NCBI GenBank assembly: GCA_021300455.1
Contig: JAJTDP010000004.1
Span: 2,438 to 66,437, forward strand
DNA: 64,000 nt
From: Sediminibacterium sp.
Lineage (GTDB): Bacteria > Bacteroidota > Bacteroidia > Chitinophagales > Chitinophagaceae
Reading direction: 5' to 3'
Shown here: positions 19,416-29,313 of the stretch, piece after piece
How positions within the stretch are numbered: position 1 is the first letter of the stretch
Layout: the number at the start of each line of letters is the position of its first letter
Position numbers and translations under genes: made by a program
Notes under the pieces: model-generated
What the model was told of the DNA's origin: nothing
The model's input: only the letters and a program-made list of their open reading frames with translations
The model's database searches: none

Positions 19416-22103
19416 ATGATGAAGAGCCCTGAAATAAGACAACATTTTTTAGATTTTTTTGCATCTAAAGGGCATGCCATTGTTCCTTCCGCACCAATTG
19501 TCGTAAAGAACGACCCTACCTTGCTTTTCACCAATGCAGGTATGAACCAGTTTAAAGACTTTTTTTTAGGCAACCAAGAACCAAGTCATAAAAGAATTGC
19601 TGATACACAAAAATGTTTACGCGTAAGTGGTAAGCATAACGACTTAGAAGAAGTAGGTGTGGATACCTATCACCATACCATGTTTGAAATGTTAGGCAAT
19701 TGGAGCTTTGGCGATTATTTTAAAGGAGAAGCCATTGAGTGGAGCTGGGAATTATTAACAAAAGTATATGGCATTGATCCTGCAAGATTATATGTAAGTG
19801 TTTTTGAAGGAGACGCTTCTGAAAACTTACCCGCTTCTAGCGAAGCATTAATGCATTGGAAAAAATGGGTAACTGAGGATAAAATAGTTTACGGCAATAA
19901 AAAAGATAATTTCTGGGAGATGGGTGATACCGGACCTTGTGGCCCATGTAGTGAAATACATGTCGACATGAGATCCGAAGAAGAAATTGCCAAAATACCA
20001 GGTCGTGATTTAGTGAACAAAGACCATCCTCAAGTGATTGAAATTTGGAACAATGTATTTATTCAATACAATAGAAAAAAAGATGGTAGCCTAGAGCCAC
20101 TTCCTAATAAACATGTCGATACGGGTATGGGTTTTGAAAGGCTTGTGCGTGTGATTCAAAATAAACAAAGCAACTACGATACCGATGTTTTCACAGGCAC
20201 TATTGAAGTGGTTGAAAAAATTACGAATAAAAAATACGATTACAGCGATACTAAGCAGGCTGTTGCCTTCAGAGTTATTGCCGATCATATTCGTGCCATT
20301 GCCTTTACCATTGCCGATGGTCAACTACCCGCCAATACTGGCGCTGGTTATGTCATTCGTCGTATTTTAAGAAGAGCAGTAAGGTATTATTATTCTTACT
20401 TGGACTATAAGCATCCTTTACTGCATCAGTTAATACCTACACTAGCAAAACAATTTGAAAATGTATTTCCTGAATTAACGGGACAACTTGAATTTGTAAC
20501 TAAAGTAGTGAAAGAGGAAGAGGAAGGTTTTTTACGCACTTTAGAAAAGGGATTAAAGCGTATGGATGATATCATTAGTACACATCCGAAAAATGCAACC
20601 ATTGAAGGAAAATTAGTTTTTGAATTATTTGACACCTTCGGATTTCCTGTTGATTTAACCAGATTAATTGCATCAGAAAATGAATTGCAAGTAGATGAGC
20701 CTGGATTTGAAAAAGAAATGCAGCAACAAAAAAACAGAAGCCGTGCCGCTACTGCTATTGATACAGGTGATTGGATACAAGTAAACCCCGATAAGGAAAC
20801 TCATTTTATTGGATATACGAGCACTGAAACTACTGCCACTATTATTAAATATAGAAATGTAAAAGCCAAAGGAAAAGAAGCCTATCAATGGATTTTGTCA
20901 GAAACTGCTTTTTATGCAGAAAGTGGTGGACAAGTGGGCGATATAGGTAGTTTCCAATTTGAAGATGGTACTAGCATTGAAGTAACAGATACTAAAAAAG
21001 AAAATAATTTATTTATACATTTCACAGACAGCTTGCCCAATACTATTTCTAATAGCGTTAAGGCCACTGTGAACACTAGTGCAAGAAAAGCAACAACGCT
21101 TCACCATTCTGCAACACATTTATTACATGCTGCGCTTAGAAATATATTAGGCAAGCATGTGGCACAGAAAGGAAGCTTGGTCAATACCGAACAACTAAGA
21201 TTTGACTTCTCTCATTTTGCTAAAATGACTGCTGAAGAAATTAACCAAGTGGAAACAATGGTGAATGCTAAAATCAAAGAAAATATTCCTGTAGTCATTA
21301 AGGAAATGAATAAAGAAGAAGCGATTGGCTTAGGTGCGATGGCTTTATTTGGAGAAAAATATGGAGATAAAGTTCGTGTGGTAGTCATGGACCCTGCCTA
21401 CTCTATTGAATTATGCGGCGGTACCCATGTGGGACATACGGGAGAAATTGGTGCCTTTATTTTAAAAGCCGAAGCTTCTGTGGCTGCTGGTGTTAGAAGA
21501 ATTGAGGCAGTGGTTGGGGATGCTGCTGCAAAACATATTACAGAAGTAAATGAAAAATTGCATAAACAAATAGTACAACTAACTGAAGCTTGTGCATTAC
21601 TTGCGGCGAAAACAAGTGCTCCCTTTAAAGCACCTGAGTGGAATGAAAATTCTTCTGTAGCTGTTTTAAATGATACGATTGCCTCTTTGCAATCAAGTCA
21701 AAAAGAACTCTCTAAAAAATTAGAAAGCCAGGAAGCTTTGCTTGTTAATGAATTAACCACTGAATATAGTAGTCAATTTGAAACCATTAATGGTATTGCA
21801 TTTTTAGGAAAGGAAATAGCATTGTCAAGCGGCGATAATTTAAAAAAATTAGCGGTAGCCTTGGGACTCACTCAAAATAATCATTGTATTATTTTAGTAG
21901 CTACTATTGAAGGGAAAGCTTCTGTTGCTCTTTCCATTAGTGAATCTCTAAGTGCTAGCTTGCCCGCTACTCAATTGATTAAGGAGAAAATTGCACCACT
22001 TATTAAAGGTGGTGGTGGTGGACAAAAAACCTTAGCTACAGCAGGTGGTCAAGATGCAAGTCAACTTAATAAAGTTATTGAAGTGGTGAAGCAAAGCTTG
22101 TAG
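19416..22103 (+). CDS. alaS: Alanine-tRNA ligase
   Basis: TLLFTNAGMNQFK, HHTMFEMLGNWSFGDYFK, DTGMGFERL, HSATHLLH, ELCGGTH, GGGGG motifs. Confidence 0.99.
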   Translation: MMKSPEIRQHFLDFFASKGHAIVPSAPIVVKNDPTLLFTNAGMNQFKDFFLGNQEPSHKRIADTQKCLRVSGKHNDLEEVGVDTYHHTMFEMLGNWSFGDYFKGEAIEWSWELLTKVYGIDPARLYVSVFEGDASENLPASSEALMHWKKWVTEDKIVYGNKKDNFWEMGDTGPCGPCSEIHVDMRSEEEIAKIPGRDLVNKDHPQVIEIWNNVFIQYNRKKDGSLEPLPNKHVDTGMGFERLVRVIQNKQSNYDTDVFTGTIEVVEKITNKKYDYSDTKQAVAFRVIADHIRAIAFTIADGQLPANTGAGYVIRRILRRAVRYYYSYLDYKHPLLHQLIPTLAKQFENVFPELTGQLEFVTKVVKEEEEGFLRTLEKGLKRMDDIISTHPKNATIEGKLVFELFDTFGFPVDLTRLIASENELQVDEPGFEKEMQQQKNRSRAATAIDTGDWIQVNPDKETHFIGYTSTETTATIIKYRNVKAKGKEAYQWILSETAFYAESGGQVGDIGSFQFEDGTSIEVTDTKKENNLFIHFTDSLPNTISNSVKATVNTSARKATTLHHSATHLLHAALRNILGKHVAQKGSLVNTEQLRFDFSHFAKMTAEEINQVETMVNAKIKENIPVVIKEMNKEEAIGLGAMALFGEKYGDKVRVVVMDPAYSIELCGGTHVGHTGEIGAFILKAEASVAAGVRRIEAVVGDAAAKHITEVNEKLHKQIVQLTEACALLAAKTSAPFKAPEWNENSSVAVLNDTIASLQSSQKELSKKLESQEALLVNELTTEYSSQFETINGIAFLGKEIALSSGDNLKKLAVALGLTQNNHCIILVATIEGKASVALSISESLSASLPATQLIKEKIAPLIKGGGGGQKTLATAGGQDASQLNKVIEVVKQSL

Positions 22104-22150
22104 TTTTCATTAATTTATTGATTTTCAACCAAATACCACTTTAACAAAAT

Positions 22151-22158
22151 TATATTTG
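22151..22158 (+). promoter_or_regulatory. -7 promoter box (TATATTTG) for the plug-PDZ gene, implying a ~105-nt leader
   Basis: TAnnTTTG match in the alaS-PDZ intergenic region. Confidence 0.45.
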
Positions 22159-22268
22159 CGAATAGTTTCGTAGTTAATAATTTTCCCTATTTTTGAAATT
22201 CAAATTCAGTACTCAAATTATTTTATTTAAAGAATTAATATAATTAAAGAATCATTCAATTAACGATC

Positions 22269-23660
22269 ATGAAAAAAATACTACTCTCTTTATTATTGGT
22301 AAGCTTTACGTTTCATTTTGCAATAGCACAAACGGGCGAAGTGATCATCTCAAAGAAAAATCCAAAAGAAAATGCGCCTGCAGTTATTATTAGCAAAGAT
22401 GGTAAAACACCATTATATATACTAGATGGTAAAATTGTAGACAACATTAATGATATTTCACCTAATGATATTGAAAGCGTAAGTGTATTAAAAGGTGCCA
22501 TGGCTACAAAAAAATATGGCGAGAAGGCAGCAGATGGTGTGGTAGAAATTACTAGTAAAAAGAACACTAAAAAAGAGGAGACAAAAAATACAAGCAAAGA
22601 GGCGCCAAAAGATTCTACTAAAGTAATAGTAACCATTGACGGAAATAAAAATGCAAAAGTAAAAACAGATGTTGATGTAAATATGACGGTGGTAGTGGAT
22701 GGTAACAAAGTAACCATTAACGGAAAAGAAGTGGACGAGAATGATCCTCGCTTAAGCATAGAAGGAAAAGGTAATAAACGTATTATCTTAAAAAAATTAG
22801 ATAAGCAACCAAGAATAATTGTAGAAGGCAAACCCCTTAATAGTCTTGACTTTGGAAAAGGTCTTGAATTAGATGGCGATATAATTATTAATGAAAATGG
22901 GGAAGATAATTTTGATATGATTGTGCCTAATCAAGCAAAAACGAATGAGGCTTTTTTAGGGGTTGTTACAGAGCAGACCGAAGAAGGTGCTAAAGTGAAT
23001 CAAGTAAGTGCTGAAAGCCCTGCAGCGAAGGCAGGTCTTAAAGAAGGAGATATTATTACTAAAGTAAACGATATAAAAATTGATGGCCCCGCTACTTTAT
23101 ACGATGCTATTGGAAAATCTAAACCAGAAGATAAAGTAACCATTAATTATATCAGAAACGGAAAAACGAATACTCAAGTGGTAAGTTTAGCTAAGAATAA
23201 AAATACCGTGCAGTTATATAATTTTAGCAGCCCTGAGGGACAAGGCGGTCCTAGTTTTGATGTCTATCCAAAACAATATCTTGATCCTAATACAAGAAAA
23301 TATCATCAAGGTCCTAGAGGTTTTAGCTTTATACCTAATTTTCCTGGCTTGGAAGGTATGACCTTACCTGGCTTTGAGAATAAACCAAAATTGGGTATTA
23401 GTATTGAAGACACTGAAACAGCTGATGGTGTTAAAATTACTAATGTGTCTGAAAATTCACCTGCTGAAAAAAGTGGTTTATTAGAAAATGATATTATAGT
23501 TCAAGTGAATGATCAAAAGATTAAAGAAGTAGACGGCTTAAAACCCATCATAAAAGATGCAAAAGAAGGAACTAGTTTTACTTTTCAAGTAAAAAGAAAT
23601 AAAGAGCTAAAAACCATTATAGTAAAGCTTCCTAAAAAACTAAAAACTGCCAATTTATAG
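22269..23660 (+). CDS. Secreted tandem-PDZ protein with an N-terminal TBDR/SusC plug-signature motif
   Basis: Signal peptide; PLYILDG...ISPNDIESVSVLKG...YGEKAADGVVEIT; PDZ1 FLGV...SPAAKAGLKEGDII; PDZ2 KLGI...SPAEKSGLLENDII; no protease triad seen. Confidence 0.85.
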   Translation: MKKILLSLLLVSFTFHFAIAQTGEVIISKKNPKENAPAVIISKDGKTPLYILDGKIVDNINDISPNDIESVSVLKGAMATKKYGEKAADGVVEITSKKNTKKEETKNTSKEAPKDSTKVIVTIDGNKNAKVKTDVDVNMTVVVDGNKVTINGKEVDENDPRLSIEGKGNKRIILKKLDKQPRIIVEGKPLNSLDFGKGLELDGDIIINENGEDNFDMIVPNQAKTNEAFLGVVTEQTEEGAKVNQVSAESPAAKAGLKEGDIITKVNDIKIDGPATLYDAIGKSKPEDKVTINYIRNGKTNTQVVSLAKNKNTVQLYNFSSPEGQGGPSFDVYPKQYLDPNTRKYHQGPRGFSFIPNFPGLEGMTLPGFENKPKLGISIEDTETADGVKITNVSENSPAEKSGLLENDIIVQVNDQKIKEVDGLKPIIKDAKEGTSFTFQVKRNKELKTIIVKLPKKLKTANL

Positions 23661-23685
23661 GCTTTTAAATTAGTACTTTTGCCAT

Positions 23686-25128
23686 ATGGCAATCGGAGAA
23701 AAATATGAGGCAGTCATTGGTTTAGAAATTCATGCACAATTAGCAACTAATAGCAAACTGTTCTGTGGAGATGCTGTTTCCTTTGGAGCAGCGCCCAATA
23801 CTCATATAAGCCCTATCACCATGGGGCATCCCGGCACTTTGCCTAAGACCAATGCCAAGGCCATTGAATATGCCATTCGTATAGGACTCGCCTGTGGATC
23901 CAAGATTGCCAAGGATAATTATTTTGCGCGCAAAAATTATTTCTATCCCGATCTACCTAAGGGTTATCAAGTATCACAACATACTACTCCTATTTGTGAA
24001 GGCGGTACTATTAGCATACCATTGCCCACTGGTGAAAAAAATATACAACTTAATAGAATTCATTTAGAAGAAGATGCTGGTAAAAGCATACATGATATTT
24101 CTGCAACTGATACCCTTATCGATTTAAACCGCGCAGGCACTCCTTTAATTGAAATGGTCACCGAACCTTGTATTCATTCTGCAGAAGAAGCCTTTTTATT
24201 TGTTACAGAAGTAAGAAAGCTAGTTCGTTGGATAGGAATTTGCGATGGCAATATGGAAGAAGGAAGTTTAAGATGCGATGCGAATATATCCATTCGTTTA
24301 AAAGGTGTCAATACATTAGGCACAAGAGTAGAAGTTAAAAATTTAAATTCTATTCGTAATATTAAAAAGGCCATCGAATTTGAAATTGATCGACTCATTC
24401 AAATAACAGAAACAGGCGGTACCATCATCCAACAAACAAGAAGTTTTGATGCGAATAATGATACTACCTTTTCCATCAGAGATAAAGAAGATGCCAATGA
24501 TTATAGGTATTTTCCCGATCCGGACTTAGCACCCTTCCATTTAACAGAAGCTTTTATTCAAAGCATTCAAAATAAATTACCTACCCTCCCCGCTACTTTA
24601 AAAAAGCAGTGGAAAACACAATATGATTTATCTGATTATGATATTGATCAATTAGTAGAAGATAAAGAAGAAGCCGATTTTTATATGGACTGGGCGGCTA
24701 CCTGCAAGCATTATAAAGCGATTGCTAATTGGATGATTGGCCCCATAAGAGCTGCCGTTAATGAAGGTAGTATTAGCTTTCAACAACTAAGTAGCCTTAT
24801 ACCCTACTTGGTAGAATTAGTAGAATTAGTGGAAACGAATCAGTTGAGTTTTTCAGTGGCAAGCACTAGGGTATTCAAAGAAATGATGGCGAACCCAGGC
24901 TCACCCAAGGACTATGCCACCACAAATAATTTATTACAAACAGGATCTACAGACGAAATAGAAAAATGGATTGAGGAGGTTTTAGCGAATCATCCTGAAA
25001 AAGTAGCTGAATATAAGAAAGGTAAAAAAGGACTTTTAGGTTTATTTGTAGGCGAAGTGAAGAAAATAAGCAAGGGTAAGGCCGATCCAAAAATGACCAC
25101 AATTTTATTAGAACAAAAATTGACTTAA
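23686..25128 (+). CDS. gatB: Asp/Glu-tRNA amidotransferase subunit B
   Basis: IGLEIHAQL, RKNYFYPDLPKGYQ, HLEEDAGK, DLNRAGTPLIE, VEVKNLNS, YRYFPDPDL. Confidence 0.98.
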   Translation: MAIGEKYEAVIGLEIHAQLATNSKLFCGDAVSFGAAPNTHISPITMGHPGTLPKTNAKAIEYAIRIGLACGSKIAKDNYFARKNYFYPDLPKGYQVSQHTTPICEGGTISIPLPTGEKNIQLNRIHLEEDAGKSIHDISATDTLIDLNRAGTPLIEMVTEPCIHSAEEAFLFVTEVRKLVRWIGICDGNMEEGSLRCDANISIRLKGVNTLGTRVEVKNLNSIRNIKKAIEFEIDRLIQITETGGTIIQQTRSFDANNDTTFSIRDKEDANDYRYFPDPDLAPFHLTEAFIQSIQNKLPTLPATLKKQWKTQYDLSDYDIDQLVEDKEEADFYMDWAATCKHYKAIANWMIGPIRAAVNEGSISFQQLSSLIPYLVELVELVETNQLSFSVASTRVFKEMMANPGSPKDYATTNNLLQTGSTDEIEKWIEEVLANHPEKVAEYKKGKKGLLGLFVGEVKKISKGKADPKMTTILLEQKLT

Positions 25129-25167
25129 TTTAGTATCCTCAATAAAAGAACTTAAAAATAATAAGCA

Positions 25168-26304
25168 ATGAATATTAAAAACCTATTGGCCAGTCTAATA
25201 GCCATGATGATTATCGTCACAGGCTGTAAAAACGGTTCTAACGAGAAGAATTATACTATTTCTGGAACCATACTACATGCTGCCAAAGGAAAATTGTTAT
25301 TGCAAGAAGTGCCTTATGGAGGCTTGCCTATTATTACTATGGATTCTACTACATTAAATGAAGAAGGTAAATTTTCATTTCAATTTATAGCCAAGCAAGA
25401 AGGTATTTATCGTATTGCCACTGAAAATGAAATGGAAATACTTTTTATCAATGACGAAGAGAATATACAAATAAATGCAGATGCGAATAATTATCAATCC
25501 TATACTATTAAAGGATCTACCACAAGTCAAGCCTTACTTAATTTTTTAATAGAATACCGCAAAAGGGATTCTTCATTGATGTCCACCATTTATAATTTAG
25601 ACGCTTTGCAAAAACAAAATGGAAAGGATAGCACTATTTTTTGGTTACAAAAACAACGTGTTAGTAAAATTGATGATATTAATAAATTAGTGGGTAATAT
25701 TATTAGTACTTCTACCAGCCCCGCTTTTGTTTACTATACTTTAGGAATTAGTTTAAGATCCATGGAATCGGCGCAGGTACTAGCTTTAGCGAAGGCTGCT
25801 GCAGAAAAATTAAAAGCAGAACCACTTGCACAATTTGCCAATTTATTAAGTACACAGGTACAAGCTAATGCCAGAACCACTGCTATTACTGTTGGAAGCA
25901 TGGCTCCTGAAATTGCGCTACCTGATGCCGATGGAAAAATAATATCACTCACTAGTTTAAGAGGCAAGTATATATTGGTTGATTTTTGGGCTAGCTGGTG
26001 CGGCCCTTGCAGAGGCGAGAACCCTAATGTTGTAGTAGCCTATGAAAAATACAAGAAAAAGAATTTCACTGTATTGGGTGTTTCTTTAGATGATGATAAA
26101 GATAGTTGGCTAGAAGCTATCAAGGCAGATAATTTAAGTTGGCAACATATTAGCGATCTCAAAAAATGGGAAAGTATTGTTGTGAGCGCTTATCAAATAG
26201 AAGGTATTCCTTTTAATGTTTTAATAGATCCTACTGGAAAAGTAATCGCTACAGATTTAAGAGGCGACGCCTTACAAAATACCTTAGCTTCTATTTTACA
26301 ATAA
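25168..26304 (+). CDS. TlpA-family thiol-disulfide oxidoreductase lipoprotein (DUF4369 plus AhpC/TSA)
   Basis: Lipobox VTGC; VDFWASWCGPCRGENP. Confidence 0.92.
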   Translation: MNIKNLLASLIAMMIIVTGCKNGSNEKNYTISGTILHAAKGKLLLQEVPYGGLPIITMDSTTLNEEGKFSFQFIAKQEGIYRIATENEMEILFINDEENIQINADANNYQSYTIKGSTTSQALLNFLIEYRKRDSSLMSTIYNLDALQKQNGKDSTIFWLQKQRVSKIDDINKLVGNIISTSTSPAFVYYTLGISLRSMESAQVLALAKAAAEKLKAEPLAQFANLLSTQVQANARTTAITVGSMAPEIALPDADGKIISLTSLRGKYILVDFWASWCGPCRGENPNVVVAYEKYKKKNFTVLGVSLDDDKDSWLEAIKADNLSWQHISDLKKWESIVVSAYQIEGIPFNVLIDPTGKVIATDLRGDALQNTLASILQ

Positions 26305-26316
26305 GAATAATAAATA

Positions 26317-28644
26317 TTAACGCTGCTTTATATATGTTTTGATTAAAGCAGGTAGTAATATTAAATTAGTGAAGGTACTTACCACTAGTGTAAGCGATGT
26401 AAGCCATCCTAAAGCCTTGGTACCTCCAAAATCGCTAAAGCAAAAGATCACAAAACCTGCCACCAGTACTAAAGAAGTATAAATAATACTAATGCCAGTA
26501 TGTTTAATGGTTTGAATAAGTGTTGCATGCACATTATTATTTAAACGTGGTAGTTCCTGTTTATAGTTTACTAAAAAACGAATAGTTACATCAATGGCTA
26601 TACCAAGGGCCACACTGAATACAAGTACTGTAGAGGGTTTTAAAGAAATACCTAGCCATCCCATTAAGCCTGCCGTTATAAGTAAGGGTACAATATTGGG
26701 CACTAAAGAACACATTAATATAGGAAAGGACCTAAATAAGAAAATCATACAAATGGCAATTAATAAGAATGCCCAAAATATAGATTCCCCCAAGCCTCTT
26801 ACAATAAAATTACTTCCTTCTAAAAAGGTGACACTAGATCCTGTAATTTCCACCTTGTATTTACTAGTATCAAAAATAGCCTTTGTTGCACTATCTAGTC
26901 TTTGTAAAAACAAAGGCAGCTGAGCGCTTCCAATATCTTTCATATTCACACTCACCCTAGTTTCTCTTTTAGCTGAATCAATAAATTTCGATAATAACTG
27001 TGTGGGGCTTGTGCCTGTTGTAGTACTCGTTTTTTGAGCATCAGTTTTTAAATAAGGAGCCATAAAGGCCATTTCTGTTCCAGTGGGCACCGTATAGGCG
27101 TTCGAGTCGCCATCATAAAAAGCTTGTTTTGCAAACTTGATACCTTCTAATAAACCCAATGGCTTTCCCAACTCTGGTTGTTCTGCTAAATACTGGTGTA
27201 ACTCATCAATGGCTTCTAAGGGTTTAATAGAGCGTACTAATCCATTTTTTTTCTTGGTATCAATGATTATCTCCAAGGGCATTACCCCACCCGCTTCTTT
27301 TTCAAACCATTTTAAGTCGGTATATAAAGTATCTTTTTTAGGTAAATCATCTACAATAAAGGCTTCTTTCTTAATGCGCATCAAACCCATAATAGATACT
27401 ACCACTAAAATACTGGTAATAGCAAATACCCATTTAGTATGTTGAAATGTCCACCTTTCTATTTTTAGCAATACTCTTTCTAAAAATTTATTTTCTAAAT
27501 ATTTTATATGCTTAGTACTTGGCGGCGGTAAATAAGTAAGTACAGGGGGTATAAATAATAGACTAATTAAAAATAAGGCCATGATATTTAAACCAGATAC
27601 CCAACCAAATTCTTTTAATAAAGGACTTTTGGTAAGTGCAAAAACAAAAAACCCAATGGCTGCTGTAATATTACAAAACAAAGTAACAACACCCATTCTG
27701 CCCACCATTTGCTCAATGGCTTCTTGTTTATGGCTGTTTGCTTTATAGGAAGTATGGTACTTATTTAAAAAGTAAATACAATTAGGAATGCCAATAACTA
27801 CAATTAAGGGTGGAATAAGTGCAGTCAGTAAAGTAATTTTTTGGCCTAGTAAAACCATGGTTCCAAAACTCCAAATTACCCCCATCACCACCACAGATAA
27901 GCTAAGCAAGGTGGCAGAAATAGATCTAAAAAATAAAAATAAAGTAATTGCTGATAATAATAAAGACCCTATTAGAAACCATAGCATTTCTTTTTTAATT
28001 CTATCTGCAAGTATAGTTCTGATATAAGGCAGGCCACTAATATGCACATCCAATTTTGTTTTAGCCGCAAAGCCATCCAACTTAGATTGTAAATTTTTAA
28101 TAATAGCCGATCTAGCACCACTATTAATTGAATCTGGTAAAAAACTAATAGCCATTATATAAGCATTGCTACTAGGGTTATACATTAAGTTTTTATAAAA
28201 AGGAAGGTTCTCTAAAACTGCTCTATCTGCAAGCAAGGCTGTATCAGAGGTATAGGGTGCATTAAATATTTTATTTGGTAAGAATTTACTCGCAGCACTG
28301 TCTTTTACAATGTTATAGGCACTGGGCACACTCACTACCTCTGTGACGCCAGGTATAGTTTTGATGTCTTTTTGCAAGTCGGCTACTTGATTAAATATAC
28401 CAGCTGTGAAAAATGAATCGGTTTGAAAACCCACCACCATCGTAGTGCCATCGACACCAAACTTTTTTACAAAATCTTGATAGATAACAAATTTCGGGTT
28501 GTCTTCAGGAATGGCTTTAGTAAACTCATAGCTAAGCTTTACTTGAATTGCAAAATAACCCATGAACAGGGTACTCAACGCCAAAAAAGTTAAAGCGGCT
28601 ACTTTATACTTTACAATGTTCTTTCCTAATTGAAGCCAAGTCAT
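26317..28644 (-). CDS. MMPL/RND-family transporter
   Basis: Two repeats of TM1 + periplasmic domain + TM bundle; GLPY, GIAIDVTIRF, FSDFGGTKALG. Confidence 0.9.
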   Translation of the reverse strand: MTWLQLGKNIVKYKVAALTFLALSTLFMGYFAIQVKLSYEFTKAIPEDNPKFVIYQDFVKKFGVDGTTMVVGFQTDSFFTAGIFNQVADLQKDIKTIPGVTEVVSVPSAYNIVKDSAASKFLPNKIFNAPYTSDTALLADRAVLENLPFYKNLMYNPSSNAYIMAISFLPDSINSGARSAIIKNLQSKLDGFAAKTKLDVHISGLPYIRTILADRIKKEMLWFLIGSLLLSAITLFLFFRSISATLLSLSVVVMGVIWSFGTMVLLGQKITLLTALIPPLIVVIGIPNCIYFLNKYHTSYKANSHKQEAIEQMVGRMGVVTLFCNITAAIGFFVFALTKSPLLKEFGWVSGLNIMALFLISLLFIPPVLTYLPPPSTKHIKYLENKFLERVLLKIERWTFQHTKWVFAITSILVVVSIMGLMRIKKEAFIVDDLPKKDTLYTDLKWFEKEAGGVMPLEIIIDTKKKNGLVRSIKPLEAIDELHQYLAEQPELGKPLGLLEGIKFAKQAFYDGDSNAYTVPTGTEMAFMAPYLKTDAQKTSTTTGTSPTQLLSKFIDSAKRETRVSVNMKDIGSAQLPLFLQRLDSATKAIFDTSKYKVEITGSSVTFLEGSNFIVRGLGESIFWAFLLIAICMIFLFRSFPILMCSLVPNIVPLLITAGLMGWLGISLKPSTVLVFSVALGIAIDVTIRFLVNYKQELPRLNNNVHATLIQTIKHTGISIIYTSLVLVAGFVIFCFSDFGGTKALGWLTSLTLVVSTFTNLILLPALIKTYIKQR

Positions 28645-28659
28645 AGTGTATATTTTAAA

Positions 28660-29298
28660 TTAGTTCACCCAAAAAAATGCTGCTAATTGCGTGCTAAGTC
28701 CAATGACAAAACCCACTACTAGCTCTTTATTCGTATGATCACTTACTATCATTCTAGCACTCCATACTAGTGCAGCTAATGCAATAGATGCCACCACCCA
28801 GAGCAAATTATTAATAGGATAAGTAAAGCTTACCAGTACGACCGCCGTATATAAACCACTTACTCCCATTGTATGCAAACTCACTTTTATAAAATGATTT
28901 GCCGTAAGCCCAATAGCGCTTGCAATAAAAATACCAAAGTAAAAATATTTTAAAGCCAAGGGTTGGTCTGCAAAATTTCTACTTAAATAATACATCCACC
29001 AATAAAAAAACATCACAATCACATAAGGGATAATTCTATCTTTCTGTGTTTTTAAAAAAATACTATCGCTAAATTTTAATCTCCATAATAAAAAAACAGC
29101 AAAGGCTGGAAAAAAAGCCGTTAACCAAAACACACTAAATAATTTCATCTTTAATTGCCAATCGGTAATACTAGCAAACTCAAAAGGCACTACTTGCATT
29201 AAATAAAGAAAAAAATAAGTAGGAATAAATAAGGGGTGTAATATATAAGACACTAAATGTGCTAATAATTTTAAGAACTTCGGTGATTGATTTTCCAT
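28660..29298 (-). CDS. Polytopic membrane protein (PAP2-like C-terminus), downstream of rpoN
   Basis: About six TM segments, LHPLFIP, KVSLHTMG, SARMIVSDHTNKELVVG. Confidence 0.7.
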   Translation of the reverse strand: MENQSPKFLKLLAHLVSYILHPLFIPTYFFLYLMQVVPFEFASITDWQLKMKLFSVFWLTAFFPAFAVFLLWRLKFSDSIFLKTQKDRIIPYVIVMFFYWWMYYLSRNFADQPLALKYFYFGIFIASAIGLTANHFIKVSLHTMGVSGLYTAVVLVSFTYPINNLLWVVASIALAALVWSARMIVSDHTNKELVVGFVIGLSTQLAAFFWVN

Positions 29299-29313
29299 TA
29301 GTCGGTTTTTTTA

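Noticed and set aside
22313-22831. 172-aa minus-strand ORF
   Set aside because: Antisense shadow of the Lys/Val-rich plug-PDZ gene; no recognisable motif.
23686-25128. gatB without gatA/gatC as an incomplete system
   Set aside because: gat genes are often dispersed in Bacteroidota; absence from a 64-kb window is uninformative.
27090-27115. gttcgagtc resembling a tRNA T-loop
   Set aside because: Lies inside the MMPL coding sequence with no cloverleaf around it.
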